Positions 26,890-38,666 of a DNA stretch of 64,000 nt are shown here, piece after piece (position 1 is the stretch's first letter; every line of letters starts with the position of its first letter). The stretch is from Octopus sinensis. Taxonomy: Eukaryota. The position numbers and the translations under genes were made by a program. Below the pieces are notes generated by a model, which saw only the letters and a list, made by a program, of their open reading frames with translations, made no database searches and had not been told where the DNA came from. Location: contig NC_043008.1 of the NCBI RefSeq assembly GCF_006345805.1, positions 52,452,001 to 52,516,000 of the forward strand. The letters run 5' to 3'.

Positions 26890-27655
26890 GCACAGGTGCC
26901 AGACAGAGCTGGCAAACGGCCACGAACGGATGGTGCTTTTACGTGCCACCAACACGGGGGCCAGACAGAGCTGGCAAACGGCCACGAAACGGATGGTGCT
27001 TTTACGTGTCACCGGCACGGGGACCAGGCGAAGCTGGCAACGGACACGAACGGATGGTGCTTTTACATGCCACCGACACGGGGGCCAGACAGGGCTGGCA
27101 AACGGCCACGAACGGATGGTGCTTTTACGTGCCACCGGCACGGGGGCCAGGCGAGGCTGGCAACGGACACGAACGGATGGTGCTTTTACATGCCACCGAC
27201 ACGGGGGCCAGACAGAGCTGGCAAACGGCCACGAAACGGATGGTGCTTTTACGTGTCACCGGCACGGGGGCCAGGCGAAGCTGGCAACGGACACGAACGG
27301 ATGGTGCTTTTACATGCCACCGACACGGGGGCCAGACAGGGCTGGCAAACGGCCACGAAACGGATGGTGCTTTTACGTGTCACCGGCACGGGGGCCAGGC
27401 GAGGCTGGCAACGGACACGAACGGATGGTGCTTTTACGTGTCACCGGCACGGGGGCCAGGCGAGTCTGGCAACGGACACGAACGGATGGTGCTTTTACGT
27501 GTCACCGGCACGGGGGCCAGGCGAGGCTGGCAACGGACACGAACGGATGGTGCTTTTACATGTCACCGACATGGGGGCCAGACAGGGCTGGCAAACGGCC
27601 ACGAACGGATGGTGCTTTTACATGTCACCGACATGGGGGCCAGACAGGGCTCACG
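26890..27655. repeat. GC-rich minisatellite, 61-63-bp units, about 12 copies, two alternating subtypes
   Basis: The ggatgg anchor recurs at about 26928, 26991, 27052, 27114, 27175, 27238, 27299, 27362, 27423, 27484, 27545 and 27607. Confidence 0.95.
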
Positions 27656-30624
27656 AAAAAGAAACATTTTGAAAATCTACGATGTTTTTCACTCCCGTCA
27701 CCCCTTCACTACCCCATCCCAACCCGGACCGATTTTGGCTAATTTTTTTTTTTCTCATTATGTTCTTAAAATCCATGGGAGAAACATTTTCGGTTTAAAA
27801 AAATTGTTAATATTTTCAAATGAAAATGTGTGATTTAAGAGAGATCTGGTTGTTATTTCTAGCACATTCCAAGACCTCTCTCCTCTTTTCTTTCTCACTC
27901 CCGCATCTATTGATGTTTTTCAATATTTTTTCCTCCGTGGCTGTGTGGTCAGTAGCTTGCTTACGAACCACGTGGTTCCGGGTTCAGTCCCACTGCGTGG
28001 CATCTTCGGCAAGTGTCTTCTACTATAGCCTTGGGCCCACCAAAGCCTTGTGAGTGGATTTGGTAGCGCATATATGTGTGTGTGTGTGTGCATGTGTGTC
28101 TGTGTGTGTGTGTGTGTGTGTGTGCGTGCGTGTGTATGTATATGTGTGTGTTTGTGTTTGTCCCACCAACATCGCTTGACAACCGATGCTGGTGTGTTTA
28201 CATCCCCCGTAACTTAGCGGTTCGGCAAAAGAGACCGATGGAATAAGTACTAGGCTTACAAAGAATAAGTCCTGGGGTCGATTTGCTCGATCGACTAAAG
28301 GCGGTGCTCCAGCATGGCCACAGTCAAATTACTGAAACAAGTAAAAGAGTAAAAGAGTATAAATACATTTGGTGGAGTTCTGATCTAAGCTGGTACTAAA
28401 AAACCCTCAAAACTTTTTAAAACTTTTACGAATTTTCACAATTTTTTTTTTCCGATTCTGTCATTTTCAACATTCCAAGCCATCAGTTGTTTAACTCCAG
28501 GTTTGCATTTATCGAGTTTGTCCTACGACCTAAATTATCCCGACTGTAACCATCTTGTCTTTTCTCTTTCGTATTTTTGTTGCATGTAGAACAGTGTTAT
28601 GTTACGCCACGTGTACTTCTTTTAAAGCCAATGAGATGTAATTTAAGGGAAATTTAGCAGCTATTTCTACCAGATCGAACGATTACGGAGAGCTATGATT
28701 CCCAACATTGTCTATGTGACCCGCATTTATACAAAAATCTTATAGAACTCGTAAACCCTTAACAACAAACATCACATTTGAAGAGGAAGTGTCAATTTTC
28801 TGTTTATTCATTTACATATGTTTTTAATCGAATTACAGAATACTGTGGAATGATAACGTTCTTGGTATTCTGTTCAAATTCCGCCGAGGTCGACTTTGCC
28901 TTTCATCCTTTCGGGGGTTGATAAATTAAGTACCAGTTACTCACTGGGGTCGATGTTATCGACTTAATACCTATGTCTGTCCTTGTTTGTCCCCTCTATG
29001 TTTAGCCCCCTGTGGGTAATAAAAAAATAGGTATTCTTAACATCACAAAATTATTTTAAAGAGAAATTTAATTTTATTCTGGAAAGCGACTTTAATAAAG
29101 CATATTCTTTCCCTCTTTGCCTATCTCGAACCCTTATGGGGTTCGAACACATCCTAGTTAAACTTGCTATTAAGTTTACTTTAATTTGGTTAAGAAATAA
29201 TTCCTTGTTCGAATTGTGTATTGATATTTTGCATTGTTTCTCTTGTTTTAATTCCTTTTTACACTCTATCCTGTATCGTCACAAAACAACAACACCGCTA
29301 CCGCTGCTACTACCACTTGCATCTAAGTGGATCTGATGCGCACTGAATTTGTAGGAACCGAGTTACATAAACTACATTTTTCTTTCAAGGTGACACCCTT
29401 TTCTGTATTTTAATGTGCCATTCCGCCCATCCATCTATCATTTTCTTTCGTCGCCTCTCTCTCTCTCTCTTCTACATTCAATCACTTTTCTCAACTTTCA
29501 AAACGCACTCTCTTTCTCTTCTTTTCTTTCAATTTCATTAGAACTATCAATATTATTTTTATTTGATTCCTTTACAAGTATCGTGTAACTTGAAATTGTG
29601 GACTTAAACAGAATAAGCAATCAGTATTGTAATTACTGATGCCTGGAAGCTTAATAATTGTTATTTTTAATAGGTCACTTTCACTTTATCAAACTTGCGC
29701 TAAACTGCAGAAGACTTGACGCTGTGGTTTGTTAGTGGCATAACTACAGAAGTGTACCCGCCACTGACTTTGCTGCTTCATAACTTCTAGAAAAACGGAT
29801 ACTTTTTAACTTTCAACAAATAGCCACTTAGATCCAGTAGATTTAGTGTATGTAAAGATTTGTCGCCAAAAAATTTTCTTACGGGTCGGGGAGAGGTGTT
29901 TCGGAAAATTTACGCGACCCGACATTTTCCTCCAAATAACTTTCAGGAAAATGGGTATTTTTTAATGAAATTTTATACAAATACCTTTCAAATGGTATAG
30001 ATTACGGTTACAAAGAAATTTGTTGGCAACATGTTTTTGCAAGGGGGCGGGGAGGAGCGAAGAGTTTCTGAAAAACGGAGTTTCGGATCAGACGGCCCAC
30101 ATAAGTTTTTCACCACAATCTTCCGAATGATGGGAAGCATCTTTTCACAAAGAAAGAATAATTTTGAAAATTTATGATTTTTTTTTTCACTCCCGCCAAT
30201 CCCTCACCACCCCAGTCCGGACCGATTTTGAGCAGTGTCCCCCCCCTCCCCCCTGCGCACTTAAAATCCATGGGAGAAACGATTTCGGTTTAAAACAAAC
30301 AAAAAATTGTTAATATTTTCAGAGGAAATTATGTGATTTAAGGGAGACCTGGCTGTTGTTTCTAGCACATCCAAGACCACCCGCTTTGTTTTTTGTTTCA
30401 CTCAAATATGGGCGGAGCTCTGATCGAAATCCGTTTTAAAACATAATTTTCTTATTTTTACGAATTTTCACAAATTTTTTCGATTCTCTCTTCTGATGAC
30501 CTTTGTTTTCTAACATAGTAAACATCAAAACAAAATAAACTTACGTATAGATAAATTTAACAAAATAATAAATTAAAAGGTTTATAAAATATTTTCTAAG
30601 TTCTTTTTTTTCTCTCTAACTTAC

Positions 30625-30742
30625 CTCGCGCTTTCATAGGTTCATTCAGTATAATTTGTACAAGTCCACTCAACCTCTGACCACCGTAATAAACTCGCGA
30701 TGGATTGTTAAAATGGATCGTTAGACTTCTTAGCTTCCCCAT
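30625..30742 (-). CDS. ARRDC: Alpha-arrestin (arrestin domain-containing protein, ARRDC family), coding exon 1 of 7
   Basis: The reverse complement reads ATG-MGKLRSLTIHFNNPSRVYYGGQRLSGLVQIILNEPMKAR+G followed by the donor GTAAGT (118 nt, phase 1). This is a typical ARRDC N-terminus (MGKL...VYxxGQxxSG...EPMK). It is absent from the ORF track because it is short. Confidence 0.92.
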
Positions 30743-30900
30743 CTCTGAAATGCTGGATTACGTGCAAACAAGCGTGCAGTTGCGATTGCAAGCAGGATGG
30801 CTCCCCCCACCTCCACCATACACACACGCGCACTCTCGATATAGGAGTGAACAACGACCAATATAGAGCAAGCGGTGTACCACTAAAAAATGGACCTTTT
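30743..30900 (-). promoter_or_regulatory. Putative 5' UTR / proximal promoter of the ARRDC gene
   Basis: Lies immediately upstream of the ATG. CpG dinucleotides are visibly retained here and in exon 1, unlike the CpG-poor surroundings. A CCAAT lies near 30858. The transcription start cannot be determined from sequence. Confidence 0.35.
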
Positions 30901-31764
30901 ATTTTTTTTTCTTTTACTTGTTTTAGTCATTTGACTGCGGCCACGCTGGAGTACTGCCTTTAGTCGAACAAATCGACCCCAGCACTTATTCTTTGAAAGC
31001 CTAGTACTTATTCAATCGGTGTCTTAAATACACCAGCATCGGTTGTCAAGCGATGGTGCTGGTGGTGGTGGTGGGGGACAAATATAGACACACATATATA
31101 TACATATACGACAGGCTTCTTTCAGTTTCCGTCTACCAAATCTACTCACAAGGCTTTGGTTGGCCCGAGGCTATAGTAGAAGACACTTGCCGAAGGTGCC
31201 ACGCAGTGGGACTAAACCCGGAAACATGTGGTTAGGAAGCAAGCTTCTTACCACACAGTCATGCCTACGACATTATTAATAGTAATAATAATAATGATAA
31301 TCCTTAATTATAATAATTAGCTGCACCCGTGAAAAATTCACGGAAAACAAACAATATAAACAGTGTATTGGTGCCATGAGAAATTTTGTGTATTATGACC
31401 GTCTGTCTTTATGTTCTGAGTTCAAATTCTGCCGAGATTGACTTTGCCTTTCGTCCTTTCGGAGTCGACAAATTAAGTACCAGTTGTGTACTGCGGTCGA
31501 TCTAATCAACTGCCTCCCCCCCTCCCCACAAAATGTCAGGCCTAGAAAAGTATACTGTGACAGTTACAGAATATAGAAAGTAATGTGACACCAATGACTA
31601 TATAATCCAACCAAAATACCCCAGTTACACAAACGTAAACGAGATTACTATTTAACCTTTAAATACATCGTATGCATTCTAAGAGCATTCTTGGTTTAGT
31701 ATTACAGAACGTTTTTCCTGTATTCTTTTATTCTTTTACTTGTTTCAGTCATTTGATGGTGGCC

Positions 31765-32054
31765 ACACACACACACACACGCACACTCATTCACACATAC
31801 ATACATACATACATACATATATACACACATGCATAAATGCATACATACATACATGCATACACACATACATACATACATACATACATACATACATACATAC
31901 ATACATACATACATACATACATACATACATACATACATACATACATACATACATACATACATACATACATACATGCATGCATACATACATACACGCATGC
32001 ATGCATACATACATACACACATGCATACATACATACATACACACATGCATACAT

Positions 32055-32089
<35 letters not shown>

Positions 32090-32113
32090 TACATACATAC
32101 ATACATACATACA

Positions 32114-32147
<34 letters not shown>

Positions 32148-32158
32148 CATATATACAT
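31765..32158. repeat. Long (CATA)n compound microsatellite; similar tracts at 43260-43620 (CATA), 41175-41530 (TA), 37185-37410 (TG/CG), 38340-38665 (CTAT/CTAC), 3575-3790 (GATA), 54945-55068 and 58475-58740 (GA), 9435-9700 (GAG/GAA/GGT/CAT)
   Basis: Directly visible simple repeats. They generate the YIHT/MYVC/IYIY-type pseudo-ORFs in the track. Confidence 0.97.
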
Positions 32159-33176
32159 AATCTTCCTGAAGATTTCTCTTGAATGAAACAGTTCTAGTCC
32201 TGTAGAAGCTCCTTCTATATAATAAATTAATTTTACTCTGCTATGTATTGAGTACCTTATTTACTGTGGTTAACCCCGAATCAACCCGGGACCTACATAT
32301 ATATATATATATGATGGGTTTGGAAGTAGTGGTGATACTGACTGGTGTGATTTTGTAGTTTGCTGGTATGCCGAGAGAATCCAGTGAGCCCCTAACTAGT
32401 TCCCCGATCTTAAAGGTGTAATGTGGATGTGCAATGATGGAGCGGCTGGTGCGGTGGTGATGCTAGCTGGTGCGGTGGTCTTCCTCACAGTACTTCATGG
32501 TAGACAATATTTCGTGTGTATGTCACAGCACGGTTTTTGGCCCTGTCTGTTATCCCAATTGAGTGTCATAACTCTTACTTTGATATTGTTCATAGCTCGT
32601 GTTCTTGAAAATGTGACATATAATTGGCCATGAGAAAATACCTATTTCTTTACTACCCACAAGGGGCTAAACACAGAGAGGACAAACAAGGACACACAAA
32701 CGGATTAAGTCAATTATATCGACCCCAGTGCGTAACTGGTACTTAATTTATCGACCCCGAAAGGATGAAAGGCAAAATCAACCTCGGCGGAATTTGAACT
32801 CAGAACATAACGGCAGACGAAATATGGCTACGCATTTCGCCCAGCTACGCATTTCGCTGAACGGCTTTATATATATAAAGGTTTTTAGTAGGGGTGGGAA
32901 AGGAATAAGTGACCTCCAGTGACCCAATTATCCCCACTTCTAACAATAGAGAAAGCATTTTCTGGGATTTATCTATCAAGGAGTTGCTTATTGTCTACTG
33001 ATAAGTGGTAAGAAAAGGATTTGTGGTCAAATCTTAGAGCGAGTTATAAACAGTAGCTGCAACACATCATGACGTATATTTGCCATATATTATATATATA
33101 TAAAGCCGTTCAGCGAAATGCGTAGCTGGGTGAAATGCGTAGCCACATACATACATTCATACATACATACATATGA

Positions 33177-33208
<32 letters not shown>

Positions 33209-33214
<6 letters not shown>

Positions 33215-33652
33215 AAATACCGGTTGAGACAAATGTACTCCAATTTTTTCAAATGTTTGCTCTTGAGCCTTATTAATTGTCATTGTATATACAAGTTGAA
33301 GTGGAAACTGAAGTCTGTTTAGTGTGAATGGAATATTTGCATCACTTGAGCTAAGTTTAATTCTGGGAATTAGAACTGTACGACCTCTGGTGGAGCCTGT
33401 TACCAATGATGCCTCTACACAATGCTCAATGAAGTCTTTGCACTTTCATGCGAGTTCCATTGCATAATCCTTGACTGATCGAAAGATTTCTCAGCAGCAT
33501 TACAATAGCCTCTGCTTTTAAGTTGAGGCAATGAGGTAGCATACCGGATGGAGTGAGTGAGTTTATGAATTCAGATAGATAGTTCTGAACCTCCTCTTCA
33601 TTAATGCAGGACACTGAATCTGTGCTTAAGTACGTTTTAAGCGCCTCTGGTA
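33209..33652 (-). mobile_element. Helitron fragment (PIF1-like helicase C-terminus)
   Basis: YLSTDS...EFINSLTPSGMLPHCLNLKAEAIVMLLRNLSISQGLCNGTRM and TGSTRGRTVLIPRIKL...RLQFPLQLVYTMTINKAQEQTFEKIGVHLSQPVFSH are classic Helitron helicase motifs, with a stop/frameshift between them. Confidence 0.92.
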
Positions 33653-35000
33653 TAATATATAATAAATCTTAGAGCGAGTTATAAACAGTAGCTGCAACAC
33701 ATCATGACGTATATTTGCCATTTAAATATGGCTAACCCCTAAGGGTGGATGCTACTGTAGTTTGTAGCCCCAGGAGGACACCTCCTCCAGCTGGCTATAG
33801 ACACACTTTCTGTGCCCTATCAGTATTTGCAAAGGGAAGCCATCCTTCCCGTCTCCAACTTATGATACACACGGACTCGAGTTTCTGGGTATTGGCCCGT
33901 CATTGGCGTGTGACAATCACACGCTGATGACGGGTCAATATTCAGAAACTAGAGTCCGTGTGTATCATAAGTTGGAGACGGTATAATATACTTTTTCATT
34001 TATAACAAGACAGTCAGAATTACTCATTTTTCCATTCCTTCTGGCGTGCAGTTGTCGAAAACTTCTGGGTACAAATGTACAAATTGAAACGCAAAAGAAG
34101 GAAATAATAAATAGGTTTATGAATGAAAGTTTGGTAATTGAATTTATTTCCACTAAACTATACACACACACACAAATACATTCATATATATATATATAAT
34201 ATATATATATATATGTCTCGAGTTGTAGCTGTAATTCAAAGGGCCCAGCCTTGTTATATTCTATGTGAGGCTGAATCTCCCTGAGAACTATGTTAATGTT
34301 GTGCATGTCTGTGGAGTACTGAGCCATTTGTGAGTTAATTTTATCCTCATGTGGTAATGAAAAGTGAAATTGACAGCCAATATTTGTTGTCTAACAGCGG
34401 CAAGCTGGCAGAATCGTTAGCATGCCATGCAAAATGCTTAGCGGCATTTCGTCTGCCATTACGTTTTGAGTAAAATTCCGCCAAGGTCATCTTTGCCTTT
34501 CATCCTTCCGGAGTCGATTAATAAGTACTACTTATGCACTGGGGTCGATGTAATTGACTTAATCCCTTTGTCTGTCCCCTGTATGTTTAGCTCCCTGTGG
34601 GCAATAAAAGAAATAAATATTTGCTGTGTCTATGTATCTATATATGAACTTTTCTTTGGATTTATGTATTTACTGTCTCTCTCACTTTTTCTCTTTGTCT
34701 TTCAACTGTCCCCTTCCCCAAATTTCAGGCCTTGTGTCTGTAGTAGAAAGGATTATTATTACTATTAATATAAATATGTATTATTTGGTGGAAAAGTATT
34801 TTATTGTTAATATAGAGAAGTGGAATATCAGTGACCAGGTTATAAATATATAGCAAATACTTTGACACCTAATATTAATTCTCTTTATCATAAATAAATA
34901 ATGAATTGAAGGTATATATGGCTGTGTATAAGTTTTGAATGGCTACAATGAGGCTTCACATGTACTCAGATTATATCCCTTCCAAACAAATGCATCTCTT

Positions 35001-35038
<38 letters not shown>

Positions 35039-35246
35039 AATACAAATATATAATATATATATATATAAATACAAATATATATATATATATATATATAAAT
35101 ACAAATATATATATATAATATATAAATTTTTTTGCCAAACCCTTATTATAATAAATATTGTTTAAATTTACCGATGACTGTCTTTTACATACCGAATCAC
35201 TACTTGGTGGAATTATTAATTATTAATTAATTAATTAATTTTACCC

Positions 35247-35299
<53 letters not shown>

Positions 35300-35689
35300 T
35301 AGATATATATAGGCACACACACACACATATGTATGTAGGTATATATGTATATTAACAAATAGTTGTCCATAAGCCAGGAAAAAGCACACTCAATATTAAA
35401 AATACAATGGTGTTATTTTATACCATAGTGCAGTGTATTACTGCTTATGGCACATAGCTGGACAGAATGTTACCATTCATTGCACTCTGAGTATTGCACT
35501 TGGTAATATTTATGGTGGAAGTATATACGGACAGTGTTTGACTCAGTGCCAGTAAAAAAAAAAAAAAGAACAGAACTGTGAAAAATAGTGAATAATTATA
35601 CCATTTCCAAGGAGGAATAGAAGAGTTATTTCCCATGTATTGTTGTTAACTATGTTTGTTAGCCATAATTTTATCATTTGTGTTTATTA

Positions 35690-35835
35690 TACACGTGGAA
35701 GAGGTGGACCCAGGAAGACCTGCGATGAGGTGGTGAAGCACGACCTTCAAACATTGGGCGTCACCGAGGTAAGGACTAGTGACCGAGACCTTTGGAGATA
35801 TGCTGTGCTTGAGAAGACCCGACAAGCCAAGTGAG
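35690..35835 (+). mobile_element. RTE-type LINE terminal coding fragment
   Basis: RGRGGPRKTCDEVVKHDLQTLG..E..TSDRDLWRYAV, followed by the RTE-associated 3' repeat. Confidence 0.7.
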
Positions 35836-36519
35836 ACCATAATTCGTGGCCTAAGCCAGTGGTGTATACCCAGCCCACTTATGAGTAACCTTCATTCATT
35901 GGACTATAAACTTTGCTTGCGAAGACCTATTGAGGCAAGTGAAATCAAAATCGCTGACGTGGCTGATGACAGTACCGCCTGATTGGCACTCGTGCCAGTG
36001 GAACGTTAAACGCACCATCCAAGCATGATCGTTACCAGGGCCGGTGGCATATAAAAAGTACCATTCAAGTGTGATCATTGACAGCGTCGCTTTACTGGCA
36101 CATGTGCCAGTGGCACGTGAAAAACAACATTCGAGCGTGGTCGTTGCCAGTGCCGCCAGACTGGCTCCCATGCAGGTGCACGTTAAAAAAAACACCTTTT
36201 GAGCGTGGTCATTGCCAGTACCTATTTCTTTATTACCCACAAGGGGCTAAACATAGAGAGGACAAACAAGGATAGACATAGGTATTAAGTCGATTACGTC
36301 GACCCCAGTGCGTAACTGGTACTTAATTTATCGACCCCGAAAGGATGAAAGGTAAAGTCGACCTCGGCGGAGTTTGTACTCACAACGAAACGGCAGACGA
36401 ACAACGTAACGGCAGACGTACCATCTGACTGGCACCCACTACATTCTTGGAGTGGTTGGTGTTAGGAACCATGTGGTTGGTAAGCAAGCTACTTACCACA
36501 CAGCCCCTCTTGCGCCTAT

Positions 36520-36760
36520 ACTAAATTCTTCCTGAAACATGGTGTATTTAAGGGACAAATTTTATTTTTACTACAATTACAGAGATTTCTATCCTTACTA
36601 CTATTACCTTTGTTAGTGGCACTCGTATTAGGTACCCCTCCTGTCTGTATATCTATTGGTCTGCTATCCTTTATAGTCTGGTCCCAATAGGATAGCACCT
36701 GGACAATGAGAAACAGTGCAGGGGAGACAATAGCCACAATTCTTTCGTTATTCATTTATC
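36520..36760 (-). mobile_element. Possible Penelope-like element fragment
   Basis: RNLCNCSKNKICPLNTPCFRKNLV resembles the Cys-rich linker (CNC..K..CPL...C...N.VY) that precedes the GIY-YIG nuclease of Penelope-like elements. Confidence 0.5.
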
Positions 36761-37188
36761 AATTGATTTTGCACTTTCTACTGGTTTACTGCAAAATCTT
36801 TTTTAAGACTCCGCCAGTTACGACGACGAGGGTCCCAGCTGATACGATCAACGGAACAGCTTGCTCGTGAAATTAACGTGCAAATGGCTGAGCATTCCAC
36901 AGACACGTGTACCCTTAATGTAGTTCTCGGGGATAATCAGCGTGACACAGAGAGTGACAAGGCTGACCCTTTGAAATACAAGTACAACTCATTTTTGCCA
37001 GCTGAGTGGACTGGAGCAACGTGAAATAAAGTGTCTTGCTCAAGGACACAACGCGTCGCCGGGAATCGAACTCACAACCTTACGATCATGATCCGAATGC
37101 CCTAACCACTAAGCCACGCGCCCTCACACCGACTGCAAAATCTAAGCACACGGAGTTCCAGCAACTGATTATTTGTATAATGCACGCA

Positions 37189-37220
<32 letters not shown>

Positions 37221-38363
37221 CGTGCGTGTGTGTGCGTGTGTGTGCGTGCGTGTGTGTGTGTGTATACGTGTGTGTGTGTGTGTGTGTATGCGCACGTACG
37301 TGTGTGCGTGCGCGTATGTGTGTGCGTGCGTGCGTGCGTGCATGTGCGTGTGTGTGTGTGTGTGTGTATGTGTTTGTGTGTGCGTGTGTGTACGTGTGTG
37401 TGTGTGAGCTTGTGTGCGCAGTTATCTAATAAACAGATGCCCATTCTTCCCATTTTTACATTTTGAAATTGTCAGATAAACCAAGTTATTTTTTCCACAA
37501 ATCTTGAAATTTGATAATAAATCCCCATTCTGCACCTCACTCCCTGGCCAAAACACACACACAAAATGAAACAAAAAGATCTATGAAAGATTGAAAGAGC
37601 CAATATTGTAATCTTGACATTCATTAAACAGGCAATTAATTAGGATTCTTGTTGTTAGATAAATATTTAATGTAGCAATATGTTTAGTAAACTGTGGCTG
37701 ATGTAATAATATCAATTTGAGAGACAGACTGGGAGCAAATGTGTTGGAGAGGAATTTAACCTATTATTTGAAAGCATTGTTTTGGTACCTCAATGGCATT
37801 GACTGCAATGCTTTTGGTGAAAGAAGGAAAAGGAAGAAGAAAAGAAAAAGGAAAAAGAAAATGACAAAACAAACAACATAAAATAAAAAGCTGGAATATA
37901 GGAAACTTGGTTTGGAAGGGCAAATGGCAGGCCAGAGTTGAGTCGGGGTTTCACAAATGAACTTTTAATGGATAATGTTGGGTGAGAAAGAGCAGGGAAT
38001 GAGACAGAGATAGAAAGAGGAGGGGAGAGGAGTAATGGTAGAAGCTCTTAAGGAGCTGTATTGATGGTGACAATAAGTGACCCAGGGCTTGGAGGAATAC
38101 AGGAGGCTATTCAGTACACTGGTTTCATACACACACTGAATTCTGTAGTTTCTGGCAGATGCTTGTTGTGCTTGATTCTGTTCTACATTCTGCCAAATGC
38201 AGAAGCTTTGACTTTGCTGATCTTGGCATCTGATGAGATAATATATTATGCACTCAATACAGCTAAACTGGTAAACTGTGTTCAGTTCACTGTTTCACTG
38301 ATATTATTGCAGAACATGGTGTGCATATACATGTTTGTTTATCTGTCTATGTATGTATGTATG

Positions 38364-38405
<42 letters not shown>

Positions 38406-38450
38406 CCTACCTACTTACCTACCTACCTACCTACCTACCTACCTACCTAC

Positions 38451-38497
<47 letters not shown>

Positions 38498-38501
38498 CCT
38501 A

Positions 38502-38544
<43 letters not shown>

Positions 38545-38576
38545 CTTACCTACCTACCTAGCTAGCTAGCTAGCTA

Positions 38577-38666
<90 letters not shown>

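Noticed and set aside
30759-30765. TACGTGC hypoxia-response-element-like motif
   Set aside because: A short motif only 17 nt from the ATG, probably within the 5' UTR, and expected by chance in a CpG-retaining region.
38061-38320. Unique-looking ORF start ([22 protein letters not shown]…) or paralog exon 4 on the opposite strand
   Set aside because: No domain motif, runs into a (CTAT)n tract, and minus-strand frames do not match ARRDC exons.
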